DNA from: Patescibacteria group bacterium
GTDB lineage: Bacteria; Patescibacteriota; Minisyncoccia; Phycocordibacterales; Phycocordibacteraceae
Direction: 5' to 3'
DNA length: 64,000 nt
Assembly: GCA_038064695.1 (NCBI GenBank)
Contig: JBBTSO010000005.1
Span: forward strand, 42,070-106,069
Shown here one piece after another: positions 47,435 through 57,104 of the stretch; within the stretch, counting starts at the first letter, position 1, and each line of letters begins with the position of its first letter. The notes under the pieces are model-generated. The model had not been told where the DNA came from and did not search any database. It saw only the letters and a list, made by a program, of their open reading frames with translations. Both the position numbers and the translations under genes were made by a program.

Positions 47435-48130
47435 CTACGCTAAAGGCGAAGTTGAGCTCTGTTGATAAACAGCTTCCCAGACTGTGCGCATCACTTCTTG
47501 GGCGACCTGTTTATACTCAGTAACCTCGGGGCCAACGATAAGCGGGGGTAAAATAAAAACCTCAAAATCGGTATGTTCTAAAAATAACTTTTTGGGCCCA
47601 ACACGATGAGTCCCTTTAATGGCGATGGGAATAAGCGGGACTTTCATGTACTGTGCTAAAAACACCGCTCCCCCGTGAGCAGGAGCTCCTTCGCCTAAAA
47701 ATTTTGCCTTCCCTCCTTGTGGAAAAATACCCACGCGAAAACCGTCTTTTAAAAGATTTATATGGTGTCGCAGGGCTTGTTGATAGTTTCCTGTACCTTT
47801 GTACGCTGGATACGCTCCCCATGATCGAAAAAACCAGTCGTTATAAAGTAATCCTCTCCACCCAGTAAACTGCTCCATACCATGCTCGTCGTATACTTTG
47901 CGATGTCGCGCGACCCAGAATAGTGGTTTTGATAGAAATGGTTGTACGGCACGTTGAAAAACTGGATCCAAATCATTGACGTGGTTTGAAACAATGACTG
48001 CTGATCCTTTAATATTTTTTAAATGCTCACCCCCGTGAACCGTAAATGTACCGTTGAATCGAAGTATCGCGTGCGTAAAAGGCCACGCAAGTATTTGCAA
48101 CAAGCCCGGAACAATCGCGTAGAGTTTCAT
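47435..48130 (-). CDS. lysophospholipid acyltransferase (PlsC-like)
   Basis: 231 aa with the HX4D motif (NHVNDLDP) and an FPEG-like block (IFPQGGK). Confidence 0.7.
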   Translation of the reverse strand: MKLYAIVPGLLQILAWPFTHAILRFNGTFTVHGGEHLKNIKGSAVIVSNHVNDLDPVFQRAVQPFLSKPLFWVARHRKVYDEHGMEQFTGWRGLLYNDWFFRSWGAYPAYKGTGNYQQALRHHINLLKDGFRVGIFPQGGKAKFLGEGAPAHGGAVFLAQYMKVPLIPIAIKGTHRVGPKKLFLEHTDFEVFILPPLIVGPEVTEYKQVAQEVMRTVWEAVYQQSSTSPLA

Positions 48131-48142
48131 TGGCAGTGTTTC

Positions 48143-48652
48143 CTATCCCCTCCCAAATAAGAAAATACCGGCTAGTGGTGCTACAAGCCAGAAAAAGAAC
48201 GTTTCAGCAGAGTTAAAGAGGGCTAAAGTCGGCGCACTGAACGTATATACGTCTTGTACGGGCAAAATATGAATACTAATGGCTATAATTAATCCAGCCG
48301 TTACCGCGGAAAGAGCAATCATTTTTATCAAACCTACCGAACCGGAAGCAATAAATGCCCCGAGCCCCGAAAATGCAACGAGCCCTAAGAGGACAAATAT
48401 GACCCAAAGAGCGAGGGTAACAATTACCCCACCAAATGCTGAGGTGTCGTACGGAAAGAACACAAAGAGTGGAATTGAAGCGTAGAGCGAGGCAATTAAG
48501 GGCACGATACGGTCTCTTCCCACATAAAAAGCAAAAGCGGCAACGACCGCGGCAACCACGAGAAACGCAAAAAAGTCGGTAGCAAAGTGAACCAACAGAG
48601 TAGTTAGAGTTTCAAGCGTGGTACCCACGTCTCCCGGTTGAAAGTCATTCAC
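48143..48652 (-). CDS. hypothetical polytopic membrane protein (169 aa)
   Basis: About 5 TM helices. No recognisable family. Confidence 0.4.
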   Translation of the reverse strand: MNDFQPGDVGTTLETLTTLLVHFATDFFAFLVVAAVVAAFAFYVGRDRIVPLIASLYASIPLFVFFPYDTSAFGGVIVTLALWVIFVLLGLVAFSGLGAFIASGSVGLIKMIALSAVTAGLIIAISIHILPVQDVYTFSAPTLALFNSAETFFFWLVAPLAGIFLFGRG

Positions 48653-48672
48653 TCTATTAGGGTATCACGCCT

Positions 48673-49719
48673 TCATGTGTTCGCAACAGGTTCTGTAGTA
48701 TCCTTTCCTGTTATGTGTGCAATCGTTTTTGTTATTAACTTTGGTTTTTGTACAGGTGCATAGTGTCCTCCGGAAGTGATACTGTGCTGTTCGATGAAAT
48801 CATACTTCTGAAGTCGTTTTTGCACTGCTTTTGCTGGAAATAGAGAATCTTGCTCGTCGTTAATAAAGACAACAGACACTCCGTTTCCGTGTATTACTTC
48901 CAGAAAAGGCAAAATATCAACACTCGCGTTATCGTGGACCTCTCTCAAAAAGCGCAACTGAGGTAAATTTTGTACAAGATGTTGAAATGTACCCCGATCA
49001 ACATCGTTCATTCGTGAACGTTCTTCTTTATTAAAGATACTTTTTGCCAGTGAAGCGAGTTCAGATATAGTGAGCTGTAAAAACATTTTCATCCCCATTC
49101 CAAAATTTTCAAGTTTCTCCTTTGCTTCTAACTTCTTCGCTTCCGCGATTTTTCCTGATGCCATCAGTGACTTTGATGGTGCTATATCTTCTCTCCCACC
49201 CACAACTCCTGCAGGGTTAATAAAAATAAGAAGTGATTGTTCCTGCGTGTTCTGTGAAAATAAATCTGGTCTTAAAAATGCAGCGAACGTAAGTGTTTGT
49301 CCAGCAAGTGAGTGGCCAATTGCAGTAATTGGCTGTTTTTTCCCTGGTTGTATGTCATCCTCCAGTGCGCGTATTACCGAATATGCCTCTTCAAAAAGAG
49401 TAAGGGGAATTGATGCAAGGAGTGCCTCAATGCGTTCTTTTGGAACTTCAGGTCGGTGAATAGCGTACCACTCGCGTGCGAATGTTTTGTTTGTTTCAAA
49501 CGCTTCATATAAAACCTCAAATTCTTCAGAAGTTTTTGCGTATGAAGGATGGTTAAACGAGTATACATTGTGACCCTGTGCTTCTAACTCTTTTGCAAAA
49601 TCTTGGTTTGCTGATGCCTCTATACCAACCCCAGGAACAACCAACGTCGGATTCTTAAAAAGGTTATTTGCCTCCACGTGACGTTCAAAGGCGGGGCGTT
49701 CACCGGTTTTCTCACTCAT
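48673..49719 (-). CDS. alpha/beta-hydrolase fold protein (putative lipase/esterase)
   Basis: 348 aa with a GHSLAG nucleophile elbow (GxSxG) and a C-terminal His (GGHYAP). Confidence 0.6.
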   Translation of the reverse strand: MSEKTGERPAFERHVEANNLFKNPTLVVPGVGIEASANQDFAKELEAQGHNVYSFNHPSYAKTSEEFEVLYEAFETNKTFAREWYAIHRPEVPKERIEALLASIPLTLFEEAYSVIRALEDDIQPGKKQPITAIGHSLAGQTLTFAAFLRPDLFSQNTQEQSLLIFINPAGVVGGREDIAPSKSLMASGKIAEAKKLEAKEKLENFGMGMKMFLQLTISELASLAKSIFNKEERSRMNDVDRGTFQHLVQNLPQLRFLREVHDNASVDILPFLEVIHGNGVSVVFINDEQDSLFPAKAVQKRLQKYDFIEQHSITSGGHYAPVQKPKLITKTIAHITGKDTTEPVANT

Positions 49720-49734
49720 AGTATGTATTACACA

Positions 49735-50805
49735 CTAAATTCCGTCCTTTTTCAAATCCTCCAGCAATTTCTTCGCTGACTTTGAGAGTTTGTGCGGAAG
49801 CTCTACTTTGACTCTAATGAGCAAATCTCCACGTTTTCCCTGTTCCATCGGGACACCCTTCCCTTTCATTCTTAAAATCTCATCAGTTGAACGAAGTGGT
49901 GGAACTGAAACATTCACCTTTCCTTCCAACGTTTCTAGTACGTATTCCGCGCCCAAGAGTGCGTCGGTAATTTTTATAGGTAGTTCAGTAACTAAATTGA
50001 ATCCCTCTTTTCTAAATCGAGGATGCGTTTCCACATGTACTTTTATGTATAAATCGCCAGGTGATCCTCCTGGAATTGCTTCCCCACCTCCCGACATGCG
50101 AATCATTTGGCCGTTATCAATGCCGGGAGGAACGGCAACAGTGAGCTCTTCTTGTTTATGCTCCACGCCACGCCCCTTGCAGGTCGTGCAGGGTTTTTCT
50201 GGCACGACGCGGCGCCCGAAACAGGTGCCGCACGTGGAAACACTTTGAAAAACACCAAAGGGTGAGCGGCGTTGCTCCACCACTTGTCCTTTGCCGTTAC
50301 AGGTGGCGCATGTTTTTGTACCAGTTCCTGGTTCTCCTCCACTTCCCGCGCACCGTGAACAAGTGCTGTCTTTGGTAACCAACACTTTGCGGGTGGTTCC
50401 AAACACCGCGTCTTTAAAAGAAAGTTCAATATCAATGGAAATATCACGCCCGCGGTTGTTTCTCCTGCCACCAAAAATGTCAGAAAATCCACCGAAGAGA
50501 TCTTCCATATTTATGTCAAACCCCTGCGCGCTACCAAATCCTCCAAACTGAGAAAAGTCAAAGCCGTCAAACCCTCCTTGTCCTTGGGCTCCGCCAGAAA
50601 AGACGCGTCCATATGCGTCGTACTCCGCGCGTTTTTTGTCGTCGGAAAGAATGGAATACGCTTCAGATGCTTCCTTGAACTTTGCCTCGTCGCCTCCTTT
50701 TTTGTCGGGGTGGTACTTATGCGCGAGTTTTCTGAAAGCCTTTTTTATTTCATCTTTTGACGCTTTTTTTTCAACTCCGAGAATGGTGTAGTAGTCTTTT
50801 GCCAT
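49735..50805 (-). CDS. dnaJ: molecular chaperone DnaJ
   Basis: 356 aa with a J domain (HPD), a G/F region, four CxxCxGxG repeats and a C-terminal domain. Confidence 0.93.
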   Translation of the reverse strand: MAKDYYTILGVEKKASKDEIKKAFRKLAHKYHPDKKGGDEAKFKEASEAYSILSDDKKRAEYDAYGRVFSGGAQGQGGFDGFDFSQFGGFGSAQGFDINMEDLFGGFSDIFGGRRNNRGRDISIDIELSFKDAVFGTTRKVLVTKDSTCSRCAGSGGEPGTGTKTCATCNGKGQVVEQRRSPFGVFQSVSTCGTCFGRRVVPEKPCTTCKGRGVEHKQEELTVAVPPGIDNGQMIRMSGGGEAIPGGSPGDLYIKVHVETHPRFRKEGFNLVTELPIKITDALLGAEYVLETLEGKVNVSVPPLRSTDEILRMKGKGVPMEQGKRGDLLIRVKVELPHKLSKSAKKLLEDLKKDGI

Positions 50806-50860
50806 GAATAGCTGTTAGTGTTTAGCGGTTAGTGGATAGCAAAAACCAACAAACAGTAAA

Positions 50861-52723
50861 CTATACGTCGCGGATAGTGTCGTCGTTTTTCTGTTCATCT
50901 GACTGCTGGTTGCCGGACGCCGATTGCTCATTTACATGTTGCCCAATTTTTTGCATTTCCGTGGAGAGGTTTTGTACCGCGGTGTCCAATGCCGCCTTAT
51001 CTTCTCCTCCCTGAGCGCTTTTGACCGTGGCAATAGCGGAAGTTATTGTTGTTTTCAAGTCTTCAGGAATTTTGTCTTTATGTTCCGCCAGTGATTTTTC
51101 AGCCGTATAGACGAGCTGTTCAGAAAGGTTTTTTGTTTCAACAAATTCTCGTGTTTTCTGATCTTGGTCCGCGTGCGCATCAGCATCTTTCTTCATTCGC
51201 TCAATATCAGCGTCAGTAAGACCACTGGAGGCCTCTATTTTTATAGTCTGCGTTTTTCCGGTTGCTTTGTCTTTTGCCGTAACATTTAAGATGCCGTTCG
51301 CGTCAACATCAAACGCAACTTCAACCTGTGGAAGCCCGCGTGGAGCAGGAGGAATACCATCAAGAATAAATCTCCCGAGTGATTTATTGTCCTTAGCAAG
51401 CGCGCGCTCTCCTTGGGTAATGTGAATTTCAACCGAAGTTTGATTGTCAGACGCTGTTGAAAAGACTTGCGCTTTAGAAGTCGGGATGGTGGTGTTTCTT
51501 TCAATCAATTTTGTAGCGACACCCCCCATGGTTTCAATTCCCAGCGAGAGTGGAATGACATCAAGGAGAAGCACGTCCTTAACATCGCCCTGCATAATAC
51601 CTGCCTGTATTGCCGCACCTACTGCCACCACTTCGTCAGGATTGATTGAACGATTTGGCTCTTTACCAAAAAGTTCTTTAACCGCGGCCTGAATGAGCGG
51701 CATACGAGTCTGCCCACCCACCATCACTATTTCTTCTATTTCTCCCGGTTTTAATTTTGCCTGTTCCAATACCTGCTTGGTAATATCAATGGAACGGTCA
51801 ATAAATTCTCGAGAGAGTTCTTCAAGTTTTGCACGGCTCATTTTCATTAAGAGGTGTTGCGCTCCCGCATCGTTTGAGGCGATAAACGGTATGTTAATTT
51901 CTGTTTCAAGCGTTGAGGAAAGCTCGTGTTTTGCTTTCTCCGCTGCTTCATCAAGGCGTTGTAGCGCAAGTGGGTCATGCGACACGTCAATGCCACTTTG
52001 TTTTTTAAACTCGTCGGCGATGTACCGAACAATTTTTTGATCAATGTCACGTCCGCCCATGTGACTGTCACCCCCCGTTGATTTCACTTCGATCACGTCA
52101 TCTCCCACTTCAAGGACTGAGATGTCAAACGTTCCTCCTCCGAAGTCATACACGACGATCTGCTCATTTTTGCGCTTGTTAAACCCATAAGCAAGCGCGG
52201 CAGCGGTTGGCTCGTTGATAATGCGCTTCACGTCAAGGCCGGCGATTTTCCCCGCGTCTTTGGTTGCTTTACGTTGCGCGTCGTCAAAATACGCAGGAAC
52301 GGTGATGATGGCCTCTGTAATTGGTTCACCTAGTTTTGATTCCGCGTCCGCTTTCAATTTTTGCAAAATCATTGCTGAAACTTCTTCAGGGCGGTAGTCA
52401 CGGTCCCCTAGTTTTACCAACACGCCTTTGTCATTTGATTCTGAAATTTTATACGGAACAACGGTTTTGTCTTTTTGAACAAATGAGTCAGAAAATTTGT
52501 GACCCATAAAACGTTTAATACCGTAAATGGTATTAGTAGGATTGGTGACCGCTTGACGTTTTGCCACCAGACCCACCAGACGTTCACCGGTTTTTGATAT
52601 AGCGACCACCGAAGGAGTAGTGCGATTCCCTTCTGCGTTTTCAATAATGATTGGCTCACCACCTTCAATAACAGCCACTGCTGAGTTGGTGGTACCGAGA
52701 TCAATGCCTAGAATTTTTGCCAT
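50861..52723 (-). CDS. dnaK: molecular chaperone DnaK (Hsp70)
   Basis: 620 aa with Hsp70 signatures ([24 protein letters not shown]). Confidence 0.95.
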   Translation of the reverse strand: MAKILGIDLGTTNSAVAVIEGGEPIIIENAEGNRTTPSVVAISKTGERLVGLVAKRQAVTNPTNTIYGIKRFMGHKFSDSFVQKDKTVVPYKISESNDKGVLVKLGDRDYRPEEVSAMILQKLKADAESKLGEPITEAIITVPAYFDDAQRKATKDAGKIAGLDVKRIINEPTAAALAYGFNKRKNEQIVVYDFGGGTFDISVLEVGDDVIEVKSTGGDSHMGGRDIDQKIVRYIADEFKKQSGIDVSHDPLALQRLDEAAEKAKHELSSTLETEINIPFIASNDAGAQHLLMKMSRAKLEELSREFIDRSIDITKQVLEQAKLKPGEIEEIVMVGGQTRMPLIQAAVKELFGKEPNRSINPDEVVAVGAAIQAGIMQGDVKDVLLLDVIPLSLGIETMGGVATKLIERNTTIPTSKAQVFSTASDNQTSVEIHITQGERALAKDNKSLGRFILDGIPPAPRGLPQVEVAFDVDANGILNVTAKDKATGKTQTIKIEASSGLTDADIERMKKDADAHADQDQKTREFVETKNLSEQLVYTAEKSLAEHKDKIPEDLKTTITSAIATVKSAQGGEDKAALDTAVQNLSTEMQKIGQHVNEQSASGNQQSDEQKNDDTIRDV

Positions 52724-52737
52724 AGTTGTATTGAATA

Positions 52738-53214
52738 TTATGATTGGTAAGTGAACACCTCTACGCGAGCGGGTCTGAGTACGGTTTCTCCGATGACAAA
52801 ACCGCTCTGGAGTGTTGCCGATATAGTATTATCCTCTTTCTCGCTCTCACATGCAACTGAGCGAATTGGTTCGTGAAATTTTGAGTCAAACGCGTCTCCC
52901 GGAGAAGGAGAAAATCGCGAAACACCGATGTCTAAAAGAGCTTGTTCTAGCTGTCGAACGACCTGGTTCATGCCAGAGAGCACTGATTCAGAAACTCCGG
53001 CTGCCTTCGCGCCTGCCTCCGCCGCTTCTAGCGAGTCAAAGACAGCAATGATCCCCCGCGACAGTTTTCCAATAAGAATTTTTGACTGCCCTTCTCCATC
53101 TTCACGTACGCGCCGTGAGAGGTTAACGTAGTCCGCTTTAGAGCGTTGCCAGCCAGCAAGGTACTCGTCGCGTTCTTTTTTCGCAGTGGCAAGTTCAGTG
53201 CGGAGTTTTTTCAA
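52738..53214 (-). CDS. grpE: nucleotide exchange factor GrpE (TTG start as called; possibly N-terminally longer)
   Basis: 158 aa with the GrpE coiled coil ([20 protein letters not shown]) and beta-domain. An in-frame upstream ATG at 53280 is separated from the ORF by one TAA. Confidence 0.85.
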   Translation of the reverse strand: MKKLRTELATAKKERDEYLAGWQRSKADYVNLSRRVREDGEGQSKILIGKLSRGIIAVFDSLEAAEAGAKAAGVSESVLSGMNQVVRQLEQALLDIGVSRFSPSPGDAFDSKFHEPIRSVACESEKEDNTISATLQSGFVIGETVLRPARVEVFTYQS

Positions 53215-53294
53215 TTTCCCTTCAACTTTTTATCCCCCCGCGTCTTCTGGTTCTATTACTACATCTTCGGATTCGTCCATGTATTCTTATTATG

Positions 53295-53316
53295 GACTAA
53301 AGACAACCACTTAGTC
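53295..53316. promoter_or_regulatory. inverted repeat GACTAA-N10-TTAGTC upstream of grpE (candidate heat-shock operator)
   Basis: A perfect 6-bp dyad sits between the rpsI terminator U-tract and the grpE start. It is not a canonical CIRCE site. Confidence 0.35.
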
Positions 53317-53320
53317 AAAA

Positions 53321-53345
53321 AAACTCCTTTGATAAGGAGTTTTGT
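53321..53345 (-). terminator. rho-independent terminator for rpsI
   Basis: On the minus strand: aaactcctt-atca-aaggagttttttt. A second 9-bp hairpin lies at 53363-53384. Confidence 0.7.
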
Positions 53346-53386
53346 AAGTTTTGAATATCTGCAGAAAGCGAAGCAGTTCGCTTTCT

Positions 53387-53782
53387 TTAGCGCTTAGACC
53401 ATTGTGGTGCTTTGCGTGCTTTCTTGAGTCCAGGTTTCTTGCGTTCTTTTTTACGAGGATCGCGCTTGAGGTACCCTTTCTTTTTAAGCGTCGTACGCAT
53501 ATCCGGTTGGAATTTTGTCATGGCACGCGCAATACCGTGTCGTACGGCATCAGCTTGCGCCACCACGCCTCCTCCACGAACCACCGCGGTAACGACATAG
53601 GATTCATCCATCGCGTTCATAGGAGCGAGTACTGTTGCTTGAAGTTCTTTTGTAGGAAAGTAGGTTTCAAAAGGAAGCTCATTAATCGTTACCGACCGTT
53701 TTGAAGCAGGAGTAATGCGCACGCGCGCAGCTGCTGTTTTACGTCGTCCAATGCCCTCGGTGTAGGTAGTTTTTGTTGCCAT
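53387..53782 (-). CDS. rpsI: 30S ribosomal protein S9
   Basis: 131 aa with the uS9 C-terminal signature (GLKKARKAPQWSKR). Confidence 0.92.
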   Translation of the reverse strand: MATKTTYTEGIGRRKTAAARVRITPASKRSVTINELPFETYFPTKELQATVLAPMNAMDESYVVTAVVRGGGVVAQADAVRHGIARAMTKFQPDMRTTLKKKGYLKRDPRKKERKKPGLKKARKAPQWSKR

Positions 53783-53784
53783 AC

Positions 53785-54156
53785 TTATTCAGAAATTTCC
53801 AATCTTTTTAATATATCAGGACGGAGCTTATTGTCTGGAATCATGCCTTTCACGGCGCGACGCACCACTTCACCGATTCCGCGGCGGCCTTTAAGCTGTT
53901 CAATGGTTTCTTCCACAAAGTGGCCCGCGTACCCTGAAGCGCGTTTGTAGCGAACCTCATCCGTTCTTTTCTCAGTGAATACGATTTTTGAAGCATTCGT
54001 TACATGAACACGGGCGCCATTTTTCTTGTGTTTTTGAAACGCTGGCGAGTCCTTCTCCATAAGAAGGTGTGCTACTTGGGTTGCAAGGCGGCCAAGTTTT
54101 TTTCCTTTCGCGTCAATAGTGTGTGTTGTAGGTTCCATAACGTTATACCAATTCAA
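53785..54156 (-). CDS. rplM: 50S ribosomal protein L13
   Basis: 123 aa with uL13 blocks (IDAKGKKLGRLAT, YKRASGYAGH, AVKGMIP). Confidence 0.88.
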   Translation of the reverse strand: MNWYNVMEPTTHTIDAKGKKLGRLATQVAHLLMEKDSPAFQKHKKNGARVHVTNASKIVFTEKRTDEVRYKRASGYAGHFVEETIEQLKGRRGIGEVVRRAVKGMIPDNKLRPDILKRLEISE

Positions 54157-54496
54157 TTACTGCTGCGGCTCTCCCATCTGACGCCTTGAGGTGTACTTTG
54201 GTAATTCGTGTGTACCCCCCTTTGCGACTTTCGTAGCGCGGACCAAGATCATTTACTAGTTTCTTCATAATGACCTCACGACCGCCGAGCGTTTTAAGAA
54301 TCTGACGACGAGCGGCGAGCGTACCCGTTTTCCCTTTGGTAATAAGTTTTTCAACGTACGGGCGAATTTCCTTCGCGCGCGCCTCAGTGGTAAGTATTTT
54401 TTCTTGAAGAATAAGCGCTTCAGCAAGGGAACGAACCAACGCTATACGCTGGTCGCGCTCTCTTCCGAATGTTCGCATTGCTTTGTGGTGTTTCAT
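54143..54496 (-). CDS. rplQ: 50S ribosomal protein L17
   Basis: 117 aa with the bL17 signature (MRTFGRERDQRIAL...). Confidence 0.9.
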   Translation of the reverse strand: MKHHKAMRTFGRERDQRIALVRSLAEALILQEKILTTEARAKEIRPYVEKLITKGKTGTLAARRQILKTLGGREVIMKKLVNDLGPRYESRKGGYTRITKVHLKASDGRAAAVIELV

Positions 54497-54502
54497 AAAA
54501 TA

Positions 54503-55465
54503 CTACACTTTGAGTGAAAGTCCGAGTGCTTTGAGTGCATCTTTCACTTCCTTAACGCCGGCAGCACCGATTCCTTCAAGGGCGAGAATATCATCTTCTG
54601 ATTTTCTTGCCAAACCACCCACGGTTCTAATAGATGCGTTTATGAGTGCGTTTGCGGTGCGTGTTGAAAGTCCCTCAAGCGACTCAATGCGCGTTTTAAT
54701 CACGTCGGTATCACCGTCACTCATCTCTTCTTTAAGTTGTTCAGAAGTTGCCACTACTGAAGGAGCCTCTTCTTCCTCACGGAAGCCAACAACAGACTTT
54801 AGTTGCTGAATCATAATGGCAATTGAACGCTCCAATGCCTCACGAGGCGTGAGCGCGCCGTCAGTCTCAATCGTGATGCGAAGTCGGTTAAAGTCAGTTC
54901 GATCTCCCACGCGCATATTTTCTACTTCGTAGTTCACGCGACGAATAGGAGTAAAAATAGAATCCAGCGCAATGACGCCAACATCTACGCGATCTTTCTG
55001 AATTATTTCTTTTGGAACGTACCCAAGTCCGTTTTGTACCGTCAATTCAGCGATAATTTTTGCATCTTTTGAAGTGAGTTCAGCAAGGTGTTGCTCAGGA
55101 TTCAAAATTTGAACCTGACCAGGACACACCAAGTCGCCCGCAACGACCGTTTTTGTTCCCTTCACTGATAGTGAAATGGTATGCTCGCCGCCGTCAGAGA
55201 TGGCAACGCGTACCTTCTTTAGATTGAGGATAAGCGCAATAACATCTTCCTTAACGCCAGGGATAGTAGAAAACTCGTGAGAGACACCATCAATTTTAAT
55301 GGTGGTAATTGCTCCGCCAGGAATTGAAGAAAGAATAATTCTTCGAAGCGAGTTTCCAAGCGTGTGGCCGTACCCAGGGTACAAACCATCTATTTCATAA
55401 ACGCCAGAGTTGTCGCTTTCTGAAACGACACGTGGTTTTGAAGGTAATTGAATAGAATAATCCAT
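54503..55465 (-). CDS. rpoA: DNA-directed RNA polymerase subunit alpha
   Basis: 320 aa with the N-terminal dimerisation domain and the C-terminal HhH domain (LSTRTANALI). Confidence 0.92.
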   Translation of the reverse strand: MDYSIQLPSKPRVVSESDNSGVYEIDGLYPGYGHTLGNSLRRIILSSIPGGAITTIKIDGVSHEFSTIPGVKEDVIALILNLKKVRVAISDGGEHTISLSVKGTKTVVAGDLVCPGQVQILNPEQHLAELTSKDAKIIAELTVQNGLGYVPKEIIQKDRVDVGVIALDSIFTPIRRVNYEVENMRVGDRTDFNRLRITIETDGALTPREALERSIAIMIQQLKSVVGFREEEEAPSVVATSEQLKEEMSDGDTDVIKTRIESLEGLSTRTANALINASIRTVGGLARKSEDDILALEGIGAAGVKEVKDALKALGLSLKV

Positions 55466-55499
55466 AACGCAATCTTTTTTATTCTTAGGAACCTAATAA

Positions 55500-56105
55500 C
55501 TATCGAGTATAGAACTCGAACACCGCCTGCATATCGACACCCATTTCACCGGGTGTATATGAGGGAAGTTGTTTGAGAGAACCCTGAAAGGCCCCGGCAT
55601 CAAACAACACCCACTCAGGTGAGCGGTACTCCCCAAGTTTTTCGTTGAGGTTAGCGAAGAGTGTGCTTCCTCGTGAACCCTCCCGTACTTCAAGTACGTC
55701 GGTTGGTTTAACGCGGTAAGAAGGAATGGTCATACGCTTCCCGTTGACGGTGATATGCCCGTGAGAAACAACCTGACGCGCCATACGTCGCGTGCCCGCA
55801 AGACCCATTCGATACACTACGCTATCTAAACGACTCTCAAGAGCTTGGAAAAGTGTCTGCTGAGGGTTGGTGTGGTTTTCAAGTGCGGTTTCTACGTACT
55901 GCCCGAACTGCTTCTCAGTGAGTCCGTACATCAAGCGCATTTTCTGCTTTTCAAGCAACTGTCTGCTGTATTCGCTGCCCGCGCGACGACGTTTTTTATT
56001 TTTTGCGCTTCGTGCTTCAGAAACTTGAAAACGCTGTGTTTGGCATTTTTCAAAAATGCTTGAGCCGAGACGTTTACAGATTTTGTATTGAGGTCCAATT
56101 TTCAT
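55500..56105 (-). CDS. rpsD: 30S ribosomal protein S4
   Basis: 201 aa with the uS4 N-terminal region and an S4 RNA-binding domain. Confidence 0.9.
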   Translation of the reverse strand: MKIGPQYKICKRLGSSIFEKCQTQRFQVSEARSAKNKKRRRAGSEYSRQLLEKQKMRLMYGLTEKQFGQYVETALENHTNPQQTLFQALESRLDSVVYRMGLAGTRRMARQVVSHGHITVNGKRMTIPSYRVKPTDVLEVREGSRGSTLFANLNEKLGEYRSPEWVLFDAGAFQGSLKQLPSYTPGEMGVDMQAVFEFYTR

Positions 56106-56147
56106 ATCTTAGATTTTATTATGAGCGGAGCGAATTAAAAAATCTTA

Positions 56148-56239
56148 GACCCAGCCCTCTAAACCAATAACTGAAAATTGGTAGAATGTGAGCTGCGGTG
56201 TTATTTCTAATTTCTAATTTCATAACAGAGGGCTGGGTT
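56148..56239. repeat. 12-bp inverted repeat enclosing about 66 nt in the rpsK-rpsD spacer
   Basis: acccagccctct at 56149-56160 pairs with agagggctgggt at 56227-56238. The loop contains the tandem tttctaa repeated twice. Confidence 0.55.
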
Positions 56240-56274
56240 AAGTACATATAATTTACTTCGTTCATAATCATGTA

Positions 56275-56709
56275 CTAAACGCGACGTGGCTTAGGGGGAC
56301 GAGGTCCGTTGTGTGGAATGGGGGTAACGTCGTGAATTGCGGCGATCTGGATGCCCTTTCCTGCAAAAGAACGGAGCGCAGATTCACGTCCTGAACCAAC
56401 ACCTTTCACGAACACCTCAACCTCTTTTACGCCGATAGTGAGCGCTTTTTCACCAATAACCTCCCCTACTTTTGCGGCTGCGAAGGGAGTTCCCTTTCTG
56501 GTACCCGCAAAGCCCATAGACCCAGACGATGACCACATCAACGCGCCTCCCTGTTGGTCGGTTAATGTGACGCGAGTGTTGTTAAAGGTTGATTCAATGT
56601 GAAGCACTGCTTTGTCCAACTTTCTTTTTGGAGTACGGGAAAGCGCGCGGTCTCGTCGTCCACGGTCACCTCCACCACCTGACATTTTTGATACACGTCG
56701 TTTTCCCAT
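56275..56709 (-). CDS. rpsK: 30S ribosomal protein S11
   Basis: 144 aa, uS11 core (GKGIQIAAIHDVTPIPHNG). Confidence 0.9.
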   Translation of the reverse strand: MGKRRVSKMSGGGGDRGRRDRALSRTPKRKLDKAVLHIESTFNNTRVTLTDQQGGALMWSSSGSMGFAGTRKGTPFAAAKVGEVIGEKALTIGVKEVEVFVKGVGSGRESALRSFAGKGIQIAAIHDVTPIPHNGPRPPKPRRV

Positions 56710-56715
56710 ATTATT

Positions 56716-57096
56716 TTATGTTTTTTCAAGTTTACGCTTTCCTGATCCCATGGTTTTTCGAGTGTTTCCTCGGATGGTGCGAGAGTTCGTTTTAGTTCGC
56801 TGTCCTCGCGTAGGAAGTCCGCGCATATGACGCACGCCTCGGTACGCTTTAATATCTTTTAAGCGCTTAACGTTGCCGGCGACTTCACGACGGAGGTCAC
56901 CTTCAATGGTAAATGCTTCAATCAATGTTCTAATACGGAGCTCTTCATCAGCAGTTAACTCTTTTGCGGTTTTAGTGAAAGGCACCGACGCTTCAGTCAA
57001 CACTTTTTTCGCACGAGTATAACCAACACCGTATACCTCGGTGAGAGCAAAAGAAAGTTGTTTAGTGTCTGGAATGGTAATACCGGCGATACGCAT
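56716..57096 (-). CDS. rpsM: 30S ribosomal protein S13
   Basis: 126 aa, uS13 signature (MRIAGITIP...GVRHMRGLPTRGQRTKTN). Confidence 0.92.
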   Translation of the reverse strand: MRIAGITIPDTKQLSFALTEVYGVGYTRAKKVLTEASVPFTKTAKELTADEELRIRTLIEAFTIEGDLRREVAGNVKRLKDIKAYRGVRHMRGLPTRGQRTKTNSRTIRGNTRKTMGSGKRKLEKT

Positions 57097-57104
57097 AGAG
57101 TTGT

